A program made the position numbers and the translations under genes. A DNA stretch of 64,000 nt from Thermodesulfovibrio sp. (GTDB lineage Bacteria > Nitrospirota > Thermodesulfovibrionia > UBA6902). Positions 27,207 to 35,969 of this stretch are shown here, in pieces (the stretch's first letter is position 1; each line of letters starts with the position of its first letter). The notes under the pieces are model-generated. The model had not been told where the DNA came from. It searched no databases and saw only the letters and a list, made by a program, of their open reading frames with translations. The DNA lies in the NCBI GenBank assembly GCA_026982355.1, contig JALSHG010000012.1, positions 30,579 to 94,578 of the forward strand. Reading direction: 5' to 3'.

Positions 27207-27442
27207 TGAAGACCAGGGTGAAGCTGACCTTTCCCCAGCACCTCATAAAAGAACCGGTGATATTTACCATGGCAAAGAAATACGACATAATACCCAATAT
27301 CAGAAGGGCGCGGGTCACCGAGTCCGTGGGCGAGATGGTCCTTGAGCTCGAAGGCGCGGATGAAAACGTCAACAGCGGCATAGAGTCACTCAAGCAGCAG
27401 GGCGTGGACGTAGAGCTTGTGGAAGGCGATATACTGGAATAA
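27206..27442 (+). CDS. NIL-domain small protein (MetN C-terminal-like ferredoxin-fold domain)
   Basis: ~78 aa; RBS AAGGAGGA 6 nt upstream of ATG 27206; similarity pattern to NIL domains of methionine importer ATPases. Confidence 0.5.
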   Translation: MKTRVKLTFPQHLIKEPVIFTMAKKYDIIPNIRRARVTESVGEMVLELEGADENVNSGIESLKQQGVDVELVEGDILE

Positions 27443-27444
27443 CC

Positions 27445-28512
27445 ATGCGACCATGGTACGGACTGATTGACCAGTACAGGGATTTCCTCCCCGTATCCGG
27501 GAAAACACCGGTTGTTACCCTGAATGAAGGCAACACCCCTCTTATAAGGGCATCCCGCCTGAACGAGGTTCTTGAGGAAGAGATAAATCTTTATTTTAAA
27601 TACGAGGGGTCCAATCCCAGCGGTTCATTCAAGGACCGCGGCATGACGCTGGCGATCTCAAAGGCGGTTGAAGACGGCGCAAGGGCCGTCATATGCGCAT
27701 CAACAGGCAATACATCCGCCTCCGCATCGGCCTATTCGGCAAAGGCCGGCATAGGCGCCATTGTCCTTATCCCCGAGGGCAAGATAGCCCTGGGCAAGCT
27801 CGCCCAGGCACTGATACACGGGGCAATGGTGCTGCAGGTTGAAGGCAATTTCGACGATGCATTGAGGATTGTCAAGGAGCTTGTGGAAAAACATCCCTTT
27901 GCCCTTGTCAATTCCCTGAACCCGTTCAGGATAGAGGGCCAGAAGACAGCGGCCTTCGAGATATGCGACCAACTGGGCGCAGCGCCTGATTACCATGTCC
28001 TCCCTGTAGGCAATGCCGGCAACATCACGGCATACTGGAAGGGGTACAGGGAGTACCGTGAGGCCGGCAGGACCGCTTCCCTGCCGAAGATGCTCGGATT
28101 TCAGGCCGCCGGGGCCGCGCCTATAGTAAAGGGCAGGCCGGTGGAACGCCCGGAGACAGTGGCCACTGCCATAAGGATCGGGAACCCCGCAAGCTGGAAG
28201 GGGGCCATTGCCGCAAGGGATGAATCAGGAGGGCTTATAGAATCCGTCACCGATGAAGAAATTATCAATGCCTACAAACTGATAGCTTCAAGGGAAGGTA
28301 TCTTCTGCGAGCCTGCATCCGCCGCCACACTGGCCGGCGTGATAAAACTCTCAAAACGTAATTTTTTTTCGAAAGGCGACACGGTTGTCTGCACACTTAC
28401 AGGCAATGGACTGAAAGACTCCGACAGCGCCCTTAAGTTATCCGCGCCTCCTGTAAAGGTAAAGGCCGAGATAACGGCCGTTGAGGAACTGCTGAAGGGC
28501 TGCTGCCTGTAA
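27445..28512 (+). CDS. thrC: Threonine synthase
   Basis: 355 aa short-type ThrC; GSNPSGSFKDRG PLP motif. Confidence 0.9.
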   Translation: MRPWYGLIDQYRDFLPVSGKTPVVTLNEGNTPLIRASRLNEVLEEEINLYFKYEGSNPSGSFKDRGMTLAISKAVEDGARAVICASTGNTSASASAYSAKAGIGAIVLIPEGKIALGKLAQALIHGAMVLQVEGNFDDALRIVKELVEKHPFALVNSLNPFRIEGQKTAAFEICDQLGAAPDYHVLPVGNAGNITAYWKGYREYREAGRTASLPKMLGFQAAGAAPIVKGRPVERPETVATAIRIGNPASWKGAIAARDESGGLIESVTDEEIINAYKLIASREGIFCEPASAATLAGVIKLSKRNFFSKGDTVVCTLTGNGLKDSDSALKLSAPPVKVKAEITAVEELLKGCCL

Positions 28513-28520
28513 CGGCTGCA

Positions 28521-28835
28521 TCATTTCCCCAACTCATGCAGTGCGAGCTCCTGCAGCCTGGACAGCAACGGGCGCAGCGACGCGGGCACGTCGGCATCAT
28601 CAAGCGAAAGCGATATCTCCCTGCCGCCTTCAGAAAGTGAAAGCCTGTAGTTCAGGGCATCGGGACGGGCGGCCGGTTCCCGTGGGGGCCTGTCAGGCCT
28701 CATGTCAAAGACGCCCGAGCTTTTCACGAGGGACAGGAGTTCGTCCCCGACCTTTTCGGGAAGCTTACCGGTATCCGCATGATACGAGAGCCGTAAACCT
28801 GCATATCCCCCTGAACACTCAAAGTCTATAAGCAT
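28521..28835 (-). CDS. Hypothetical small protein downstream of and co-oriented with the M4 protease; candidate emfourin-like protease inhibitor (positional inference)
   Basis: 104 aa, no signal peptide, 52 bp after protease stop; protealysin-like proteases are typically followed by the ~100 aa inhibitor emfourin. Confidence 0.35.
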   Translation of the reverse strand: MLIDFECSGGYAGLRLSYHADTGKLPEKVGDELLSLVKSSGVFDMRPDRPPREPAARPDALNYRLSLSEGGREISLSLDDADVPASLRPLLSRLQELALHELGK

Positions 28836-28887
28836 GTTTTCAGGCTGACTGAGCAGCCTCCGAGAGGCTGCTCAGGATTTCAATTTG

Positions 28888-29964
28888 TCAACGGGGCAGC
28901 CCCACGGCTTTAAATGCCGCACGCACTGTCTGGACCGAACCCGCGGGCGCCTGTCCGCTCTTGACAAGCAGCCGTGCCGATTCGACAATCACCTCGACCG
29001 CGTCATTGAAGGCAGCGGTGCTCCATAGTCTCTGCAGCGCCGTGTACCATATCAGCGCAGCCTTGTCAGTGCCGAGGGTATCGGTTGCCGCGAGGTAAAA
29101 CGCCCTGTTGAGGATACCGCTGTTGATATGAACGCCCTGGTTGTCCTTGGGGCCTGAATAGTAATCCTTCATGTGGTCCGGCTGGTGGTCCTTGCCCATG
29201 AGTTTGTTGTCGTATGCCGTGCCGGGCGCCTTCATGGAGCGAAGCGCTTCCCCGTAAAGGTCGGGTCCCATAATCTCGTCACCGATGAGCCAGTCCGCAT
29301 CATGGGCGGTCTGCCCCTTTTTATACTGTGTTATCACGGAGCCGAAGACATCAGAGAAGTGTTCATTCAACGCCCCCGACTGGCTGTGGTACTTCAGGTT
29401 CGCCGTAAACTGCGTAACCCCGTGGGTCAGTTCATGCGCCACCACGTCGAGGGAGCGCGCAAAGCTGACGAATATCCTGCCGTCTCCGTCACCGAAGGTC
29501 ATCTCGTCGCCGTCCCAAAAGGCGTTCATGTATTTCGTCCCGTAGTGGACGTTGAAGAGCAGGTTCATCCCGAGGTTGTCCACGGAATTCCTGTTCAGAA
29601 CGTTCCTGTAGTAATCGCGCACGGCGCCGGCATACTCGTAGGCCTCGTTCACCGCGTCATCGGAGGTTACGGGGTCGCCTTCGCCCCTTGCCAGATCAAC
29701 CCGTTGTTTCCACTGGTTTTTGCAGTTGTAAACCTGCCGGGACGCCGTGCCCGCGGGCGCGGTCGTGACGCCCGTAAACGCCTCCATGCCGATTTCCTTT
29801 GCACTCCTCTTCACGCGGCTCAGCTCGCTCTGCTGAATGCTCACCCTTGCCTCATCAACCCCGGCCCTCGCCAGGTTTTCCAGCACATCGGGTGGGATGT
29901 ACATGCAGTTGCACCTGTGAATAAACATGCTGTCCTCCTTTTTTGATTGTTTCCGGTTTTGCAT
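28888..29964 (-). CDS. M4 (thermolysin-family) zinc metalloprotease, protealysin-like (no signal peptide, short propeptide)
   Basis: 358 aa; HELTHGV (HExxH) and NEHFSDVFG (third zinc ligand) motifs; N-terminal propeptide with PPDVL motif. Confidence 0.85.
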   Translation of the reverse strand: MQNRKQSKKEDSMFIHRCNCMYIPPDVLENLARAGVDEARVSIQQSELSRVKRSAKEIGMEAFTGVTTAPAGTASRQVYNCKNQWKQRVDLARGEGDPVTSDDAVNEAYEYAGAVRDYYRNVLNRNSVDNLGMNLLFNVHYGTKYMNAFWDGDEMTFGDGDGRIFVSFARSLDVVAHELTHGVTQFTANLKYHSQSGALNEHFSDVFGSVITQYKKGQTAHDADWLIGDEIMGPDLYGEALRSMKAPGTAYDNKLMGKDHQPDHMKDYYSGPKDNQGVHINSGILNRAFYLAATDTLGTDKAALIWYTALQRLWSTAAFNDAVEVIVESARLLVKSGQAPAGSVQTVRAAFKAVGLPR

Positions 29965-29994
29965 ATTCAGAACATCCGGTTTTATAAATGATTC

Positions 29995-30036
29995 CCGGCG
30001 GACTCCCCTGCACGTTTATGCCACATTAAGGTTAAC
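29995..30036. repeat. Half copy with core (CCGGCGGACTCCCCTGCACGTTTATGCCACATTAAGGTTAAC)
   Basis: Between M4 protease start and yihY stop. Confidence 0.7.
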
Positions 30037-30065
30037 AGGAAACCGAAAGTTTGACAAGGAAAAAA

Positions 30066-31403
30066 TCAATGCCGTGAAACAACGACACCTTTCAGGGTCC
30101 GCTCACCGAGCGTCTCCACATAGGCATTGTCCAGCGCCTGGATCACATTGTCAATCCCCTGTACGGAAACCAGCCTGTCCTCGACTATGAATGTCTCCTC
30201 CCCGGCGGTCCTCACGGAATCAAAGATTTCCTTCAGCGCTATCCTCTCGATGTCCCTTGAAGGAATGTATGCCGGAGGCTCGTCAGAGGTTTCAATGATC
30301 AGCCTGCTTTTCTCCAGCAATGAAATCAGATCCAGGGCCGTGTCCACCGGAAGCCCGAGGCGGTGCACGAGCGTCTCCAGGGTCCACGGCCGCTTGTTGT
30401 AGTAATAGTTGTAACCGATAAAATACATGATCAGGAATGCAAGCCTCTCCCTGAGCCTGCCGCTCTGCCTGAATATCTCCTTACTCGCCGTAAGGAAATG
30501 GGGATACTGGTGATAGAAGGCGATCTGCGCGCCGACCAGCAGTATCAGCCAGCTCACGTACAGCCATATCATGAACATTATCAGTATGGCAAAGCCCGAA
30601 TAGATCGCCGCGTATTTTGTGGATGACACGATAAAAGATGCAAACGCCCATCCCGCGGTCTCCCACAGTATGCCGGCCAGCAGGCCGCCGACAAGGGCTG
30701 ACCTGAACTTCACCCGTGTATTGGGGATGAAAATATAGATGAAAGTGAAGGCGGCGCTGACCATGATGTACGGGGCCTTTTCAGCGAAGAAATAGAATAC
30801 CGTGCCGAAGGGCTCGATGGAGACGATCCGTTGGACAAATGCATTGCTCATAAAGGACGCCGTGAGCCCGATGGCAGAGAATATCAGGACAGGCCCTATG
30901 ATGATTACGCTCGTATAATCGCTGAACCTCCGCGCAAGGCTTCTTGTCCTGCGGATTTTCCATATCGTGTTGAAGGATTTTTCAACCTTCTGTATGACGG
31001 AGACCGCCGTGTAAATCAGCATTGCCAGCCCGAGGGAACCGAGCACGCCGACCTTCATGTTTTCAACAAAGCCGATGATCCTGACGGTTATCTCCTCCCC
31101 CCTGGGCCCGAGGGGCGCGAGGAAATTCAGGAGAAAGGGCTCGACAAACTCGTTGTGCACGCCGAATGCCTTGAGAACCGAGAAGCTGATCGCCAGCAGG
31201 GGAACAATTGAAAGAAGGGTGGTATAGACAAGGCCCATTGCCCTGAGGTTGAGCTGACCTTCGGAAAAGTCGCGCAGGCCCGCCCTAAGCAGCCCGAGCG
31301 CCTTTATGAGAAATGATTTATATCCGCGCGGGGGAGCAGTATCCGTATCCCGAAAATTCCTCCTGAAAAAATCAGAAAATATCTTTCTTCCGCTCTTCGC
31401 CAT
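30066..31403 (-). CDS. yihY: YihY/BrkB-family inner-membrane protein with C-terminal extension
   Basis: 445 aa; six TM helices of the YihY/virulence factor BrkB family, then ~130 aa soluble C-terminal region. Confidence 0.8.
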   Translation of the reverse strand: MAKSGRKIFSDFFRRNFRDTDTAPPRGYKSFLIKALGLLRAGLRDFSEGQLNLRAMGLVYTTLLSIVPLLAISFSVLKAFGVHNEFVEPFLLNFLAPLGPRGEEITVRIIGFVENMKVGVLGSLGLAMLIYTAVSVIQKVEKSFNTIWKIRRTRSLARRFSDYTSVIIIGPVLIFSAIGLTASFMSNAFVQRIVSIEPFGTVFYFFAEKAPYIMVSAAFTFIYIFIPNTRVKFRSALVGGLLAGILWETAGWAFASFIVSSTKYAAIYSGFAILIMFMIWLYVSWLILLVGAQIAFYHQYPHFLTASKEIFRQSGRLRERLAFLIMYFIGYNYYYNKRPWTLETLVHRLGLPVDTALDLISLLEKSRLIIETSDEPPAYIPSRDIERIALKEIFDSVRTAGEETFIVEDRLVSVQGIDNVIQALDNAYVETLGERTLKGVVVSRH

Positions 31404-31450
31404 TCTGCATACAATTCTATCATACCCGGCGGCGGAGATCTGTCATTCCG

Positions 31451-31474
31451 GCTTGTGCAACATTAAGGTTACGG
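31451..31474. repeat. Half copy (GCTTGTGCAACATTAAGGTTACGG)
   Basis: Upstream of yihY. Confidence 0.6.
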
Positions 31475-31961
31475 CTGTCTTATATCCCTCAAAGTATGCC
31501 TCTATATACCCGTGCCCCCACAGCCTTCGGCTCTTGCAGCCTTCTTTCAGACAGTTCGGCGGCCTCGGAAACGGGTATCTCCGCCCGAGCCTGATTATCT
31601 CCTTGAAATAAAGTACGAAAAAAAGCGACAATATCTTACACCTTGCCCGAAGCTGTGGAGGTCCTTCGTCAGACAGACGTTTCTCTCCACGCTTCGGGTT
31701 CCTTTCTTTGTTTTCTGCTCCGGTTATTTTAATCTGAATGGCTTTTTATTCGGGCCGGTTTATTTTGAATGATTTGCCGCTTTCGGGGTCGGTTTAATCT
31801 GCAAAACAACAGCGTGTTACTATGAAAATAACCTTTCAGAACTATCTTATAGAGCTTTGCCCGGGTTCGACGATCGTAGTAAAACAAATACAGGCCCGGG
31901 CATGCTAACGACCGAATTCAGCGGCGGCTATTCGCCGTCCGCTGGAATGAGTGGTTAGGTT

Positions 31962-32174
31962 TCATGCATATATCAACCTCTCTCCCTTAGGTTCAGGGAT
32001 AGGATCTCCAAACTCCTTTGCAGTATCGATCCATAACTGAATAGCATCTTGAACATTTTTTATCGCTTCTTCATAAGTCTTTCCATGTGCCGTACACCCA
32101 GGGAGTTCAGGGACTTCTGCGATAAAAGCATCGTCCTCTCTGCTCCAGTAGATTATAATTTCATATTTGTACAT
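31962..32174 (-). CDS. hicB: HicB-family antitoxin (UPF0150)
   Basis: 70 aa; ...PELPGCTAHGKTYEEAIKNVQDAI motif. Confidence 0.7.
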   Translation of the reverse strand: MYKYEIIIYWSREDDAFIAEVPELPGCTAHGKTYEEAIKNVQDAIQLWIDTAKEFGDPIPEPKGERLIYA

Positions 32175-32425
32175 TATCTGCCTCCAAGTTTATATTTAAC
32201 AATTATGTTTCTTACCTGCTTCACCTGATAAGGTTTTGCTTTATTACCTTCTCGTTGCAGATTAATCTTTTCTACTATGCCGTCCTTTCTGAATATATGA
32301 TGGCTACCTCTAACCCTCATTTCAAAGCCTAATTTCTCAAGCAAATTGCACAAATCTTCAAACTTGATATTGGCATCTGATGTGCCACTCAATATCTGCA
32401 GAATCAGTTTTTCATATTTACCCAT
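32174..32425 (-). CDS. hicA: HicA-family mRNA interferase toxin
   Basis: 83 aa; GSHHIF motif; stop overlaps hicB start (ATGA). Confidence 0.75.
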   Translation of the reverse strand: MGKYEKLILQILSGTSDANIKFEDLCNLLEKLGFEMRVRGSHHIFRKDGIVEKINLQREGNKAKPYQVKQVRNIIVKYKLGGR

Positions 32426-32437
32426 TTTTTTATTTTA

Positions 32438-32827
32438 TCATAACGGCTTTACCGCAAGCATCTCGTTTCCACCTCTCTGAAACTCATACTCAACTGGTAA
32501 AATCTCCACTGAATAGCCTTGTTGCTTAAGGAGATTCGATACTGAACATAGATGCCGTGACTTTATAGAACCGAGTTCAAGAACCTGAAAAACGGCACCG
32601 CTTGCGAGGATCTGCCTCAACTCCAGGCCGGGCGGAAGGGTCTCGTAGAAAATCCTCTTCACGTCGGGGTGTATCTCCCGGAATCTTGACAGGAGGTCGT
32701 CCATGACCATGAACTGGTTGCCGGCCATAAAAAGGACAAGGCCGGCGCTGTCCATATACTGCATATTGTGGATGTCGTCACCGCGGGAAGAAGGGATTTC
32801 GGGCATACTGCCGTCTCTGTCTTTCAT
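32438..32827 (-). CDS. Hypothetical protein at 3' end of nuo operon (start uncertain)
   Basis: 129 aa ORF, no recognisable motif, co-oriented between nuoN and hicA. Confidence 0.35.
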   Translation of the reverse strand: MKDRDGSMPEIPSSRGDDIHNMQYMDSAGLVLFMAGNQFMVMDDLLSRFREIHPDVKRIFYETLPPGLELRQILASGAVFQVLELGSIKSRHLCSVSNLLKQQGYSVEILPVEYEFQRGGNEMLAVKPL

Positions 32828-32944
32828 GAATCATTCACTCCTGCAATGCATGCCCGGACACGGAAAAGATTTTCCGTGCCGTTGGATGCTTCCCGTATAC
32901 GGGAAGGAAAAAAAGGCGCCGCAACAATCGGCTGCGGCCGGGAA

Positions 32945-34402
32945 TTACAGGAGACCGGGGATCGAAAATTTGACCAGATCGAGCAGAACCGACGGAAACA
33001 CACCTATAACGAGTATCATCACTGCGGTGACCGCAAGCGCGAAATTCATGGACGGCGAGGTGGCAAGGGCCACTTCCTCCCTCGGGTCCCTCATGTACAT
33101 GTACATTACAACCCGGAGGTAGAAGAACGCGGAAATCACACTGAACACCACCGCTATAACCGCCAGGTATGTATAGCCCGCATCGATCACCTCCATGAAC
33201 ACGTAGAACTTCCCTATGAACCCGGCCGTGGGCGGAATGCCCGTCAGCGCGAACATGAACACAAGCATGAGTGCAGAGGCCACGGGATGGCTCTTCGCAA
33301 GGCCCATGTAGTCATCGAGGTTCTCGCCCTGGAAGCCTTCCCTCCTGAGCATTATCACCACTGCAAAGGCGCCGATGTTCATGATTGCGTATATCATCAG
33401 ATAATTGGCGGTGCTCGCAAGTCCCCCGGGGGTGCCTGCTATTATTCCGAGGAGCATGTATCCCGCGTGGGCGATTGAGCTGTAGGCAAGCATCCTCTTT
33501 ATGTTCGTCTGCGCAAGTGCTATGATGCTTCCGGTTGCCATGGTAATAACGGCCAGCGGTATCAGGATGCTGTCCCACTGTATCTGCATGGCCCCGAATG
33601 CGCTGAACAGGACCCGTCCCAGGACCGCAAATCCCGCGGCCTTCGGCCCCACCGACATAAACGCCGTCACAGACGTCGGCGCGCCCTCATACACGTCGGG
33701 CGCCCACATGTGAAACGGCGCCAGGGCGATCTTGAATCCGAAGGCGACTATCATGAATATCAGACCCAGCAACACCATGGGGTTGCCCGTGATGTTCAGC
33801 GTCTGCAGTGAGGCGGCGATATCCTTCAGGTTCGTGGTGCCTGTCAGCCCGTATGTAAGGGAAATGCCGTAGAGGAAAAAGGCCGATGAAAAGGCGCCGA
33901 GGAAGAAGTACTTCAGGGCCGCTTCGTTCGAGCGGGGCTGTTTTCTCATCATGCCCGCAAGTATATAAGTGGAAAGCGCCATCAGCTCAAGGCCGAGATA
34001 AAGGACTATAAGATCCGAGGCCGAAGCCATTATCATCATGCCTGTCGTGGCAAAGATCAGAAGCGCATAGTATTCTCCGAAGGACGCCTTCTCTATAACC
34101 ATGTACCTGAGGGAAATGCAGATCGTCAGTATGACGTTGAGATAAAATATAAGCCTGAAAAAGTTGGAGTATCCATCCAGCACGAACATGTCCGAAAAGA
34201 CCGTCAGCGGTTCGCTGAAACCGTAAAGCCTGAGGGTTCCGTACAGCGCCACGAGGGTACCGGCAATGCCGACCACCGCGACAACCTCCTTCTTTTTCAC
34301 GATAAGATCAAGCAGCAAGAGTATTAAGGCAGTGCATATCATCGTAAGCTCGGGCACTATAGGCCGGATGCTGAGTAAACTGAATCCGCTTGACATATCC
34401 AT
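32945..34402 (-). CDS. nuoN: NADH-quinone oxidoreductase subunit N
   Basis: 485 aa polytopic antiporter-like subunit, last gene of nuoA-N. Confidence 0.9.
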   Translation of the reverse strand: MDMSSGFSLLSIRPIVPELTMICTALILLLLDLIVKKKEVVAVVGIAGTLVALYGTLRLYGFSEPLTVFSDMFVLDGYSNFFRLIFYLNVILTICISLRYMVIEKASFGEYYALLIFATTGMMIMASASDLIVLYLGLELMALSTYILAGMMRKQPRSNEAALKYFFLGAFSSAFFLYGISLTYGLTGTTNLKDIAASLQTLNITGNPMVLLGLIFMIVAFGFKIALAPFHMWAPDVYEGAPTSVTAFMSVGPKAAGFAVLGRVLFSAFGAMQIQWDSILIPLAVITMATGSIIALAQTNIKRMLAYSSIAHAGYMLLGIIAGTPGGLASTANYLMIYAIMNIGAFAVVIMLRREGFQGENLDDYMGLAKSHPVASALMLVFMFALTGIPPTAGFIGKFYVFMEVIDAGYTYLAVIAVVFSVISAFFYLRVVMYMYMRDPREEVALATSPSMNFALAVTAVMILVIGVFPSVLLDLVKFSIPGLL

Positions 34403-34403
34403 A

Positions 34404-35954
34404 TCAGAAAATCTCCCTTATGTATTCCGCTATCAGGCTTTCCTGTCCTGCATAGGCTGTCTGGTTCACCTGTTCAATCAAATGCTGCACCGACGCGTGC
34501 ATGTAGCTCAGGAAGGCATTGGGATAAAACCCTATCCAGAATACGAGCACGATCAACGGAATCAATGTGATAACCTCCCTGGCATTCAAATCCCATACGG
34601 GGTGGTGCCCCTCTTTTTCATAGTCAGGCTTCGGCTTTTCAAAGAATATATTCTGGTAAAGCCGCAGCATGTAGCCGGCGCCGAGTATGATGCCGGTGGC
34701 TGCAAATACACCAAGGAGCTTTTTTGCCTTGAAGGCGGAGAATATAATCAGGAACTCCCCGATGAAGCCGTTCGTGCTCGGCAGCCCGATCGAGGCCAGT
34801 GTAAGGATTATGAAAAAGCCCGCATACCACGGTACAAGCCTGGCAAAGCCGCCGTAGTCCGCGATCACCCTTGTGTGCGTCCTCTCGTAAATCATTCCTA
34901 TCATAAGGAACATCGCGCCCGTGACGATGCCGTGGTTCAGCATCTGCAGTATGCCGCCTTCAAGCCCCTGTGTGTTGAGCGCAAAGAGACCGAGTGTGAC
35001 AAAACCCATGTGGCTCACGCTGGAGTACGCTATCAGCCGCTTGAAATCCTTCTGCGCAAAGCAGACAAGCGCGCCGTAAATAATTGCGATAATGGAGAGT
35101 ATCAGCACCGGCCACATGAAGAACCGTGTTGCATCCGGCAGCATGGGCATGGAAAACCTCAGGAATCCGTAAGCGCCCATCTTGATCAGGACGCCGGCCA
35201 GTATGACACTGCCGGCAGTAGGCGCCTCTGTATGGGCGTCCGGAAGCCATGTATGCACCGGGAACATCGGGACCTTGACGGCAAACGCGGCAAAGAACGC
35301 TATAAACAGCCAGTACTGCAGCGTCACCGGATACTGCATGCTGCTCAGCGCCAGGATGTCGAGGGTCCTGCCGCCGTAGAAGTAAAGGACGACTATGCCG
35401 ACCAGCATGAGCACGCTTCCGACCAGCGTATACAGGAAAAACTTTATTGCGGCATAGACCCTGTTCTGGCCGCCCCATACGCCTATCAGCAGGAACATGG
35501 GGATCAGCATGGCCTCCCAGAACAGGTAGAAGAGGAAGAAATCCAGCGCCACGAACACGCCCAGCATTCCCGCCTCCATTGTGAGGATGGCTATGTGGAA
35601 CTCCTTTGTCTTTGTTTCGATAGCCTTCCATGAGACAAGGACACAGAGTATGCTGAGGACGGTCGTGAGAAAAATAAACAATATGCTGATGCCGTCTATG
35701 CCTATGAAATAGTTTATCCCCCATGACGGAATCCACTCGTGCCTTTCCACGAACTGCATCTTGTATGTGCTCTTGTCAAAGTTGCTCAGCAGCGGCAGGG
35801 AGATGACGAAAGTGGCGACCGTCACGCCGAGTGAAGTCCATCTTATAACATTCGCCTGCTTCAGGAACAGGAGAAGCACCGCGCCGATAACGGGCAGAAA
35901 CACCGTCCACGTCAGTATCGGGTAACCAAGGCTGTTTAATATTATATTTTCCAT
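34404..35954 (-). CDS. nuoM: NADH-quinone oxidoreductase subunit M
   Basis: 516 aa antiporter-like subunit. Confidence 0.9.
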   Translation of the reverse strand: MENIILNSLGYPILTWTVFLPVIGAVLLLFLKQANVIRWTSLGVTVATFVISLPLLSNFDKSTYKMQFVERHEWIPSWGINYFIGIDGISILFIFLTTVLSILCVLVSWKAIETKTKEFHIAILTMEAGMLGVFVALDFFLFYLFWEAMLIPMFLLIGVWGGQNRVYAAIKFFLYTLVGSVLMLVGIVVLYFYGGRTLDILALSSMQYPVTLQYWLFIAFFAAFAVKVPMFPVHTWLPDAHTEAPTAGSVILAGVLIKMGAYGFLRFSMPMLPDATRFFMWPVLILSIIAIIYGALVCFAQKDFKRLIAYSSVSHMGFVTLGLFALNTQGLEGGILQMLNHGIVTGAMFLMIGMIYERTHTRVIADYGGFARLVPWYAGFFIILTLASIGLPSTNGFIGEFLIIFSAFKAKKLLGVFAATGIILGAGYMLRLYQNIFFEKPKPDYEKEGHHPVWDLNAREVITLIPLIVLVFWIGFYPNAFLSYMHASVQHLIEQVNQTAYAGQESLIAEYIREIF

Positions 35955-35969
35955 TATCCGGTTTTTGTT

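Noticed and set aside
31859-31960. tRNA/tmRNA gene near HicAB (GGGTTCGA T-loop-like motif)
   Set aside because: No acceptor/anticodon stems or CCA-end context could be assembled. At most this is a degenerate fragment.
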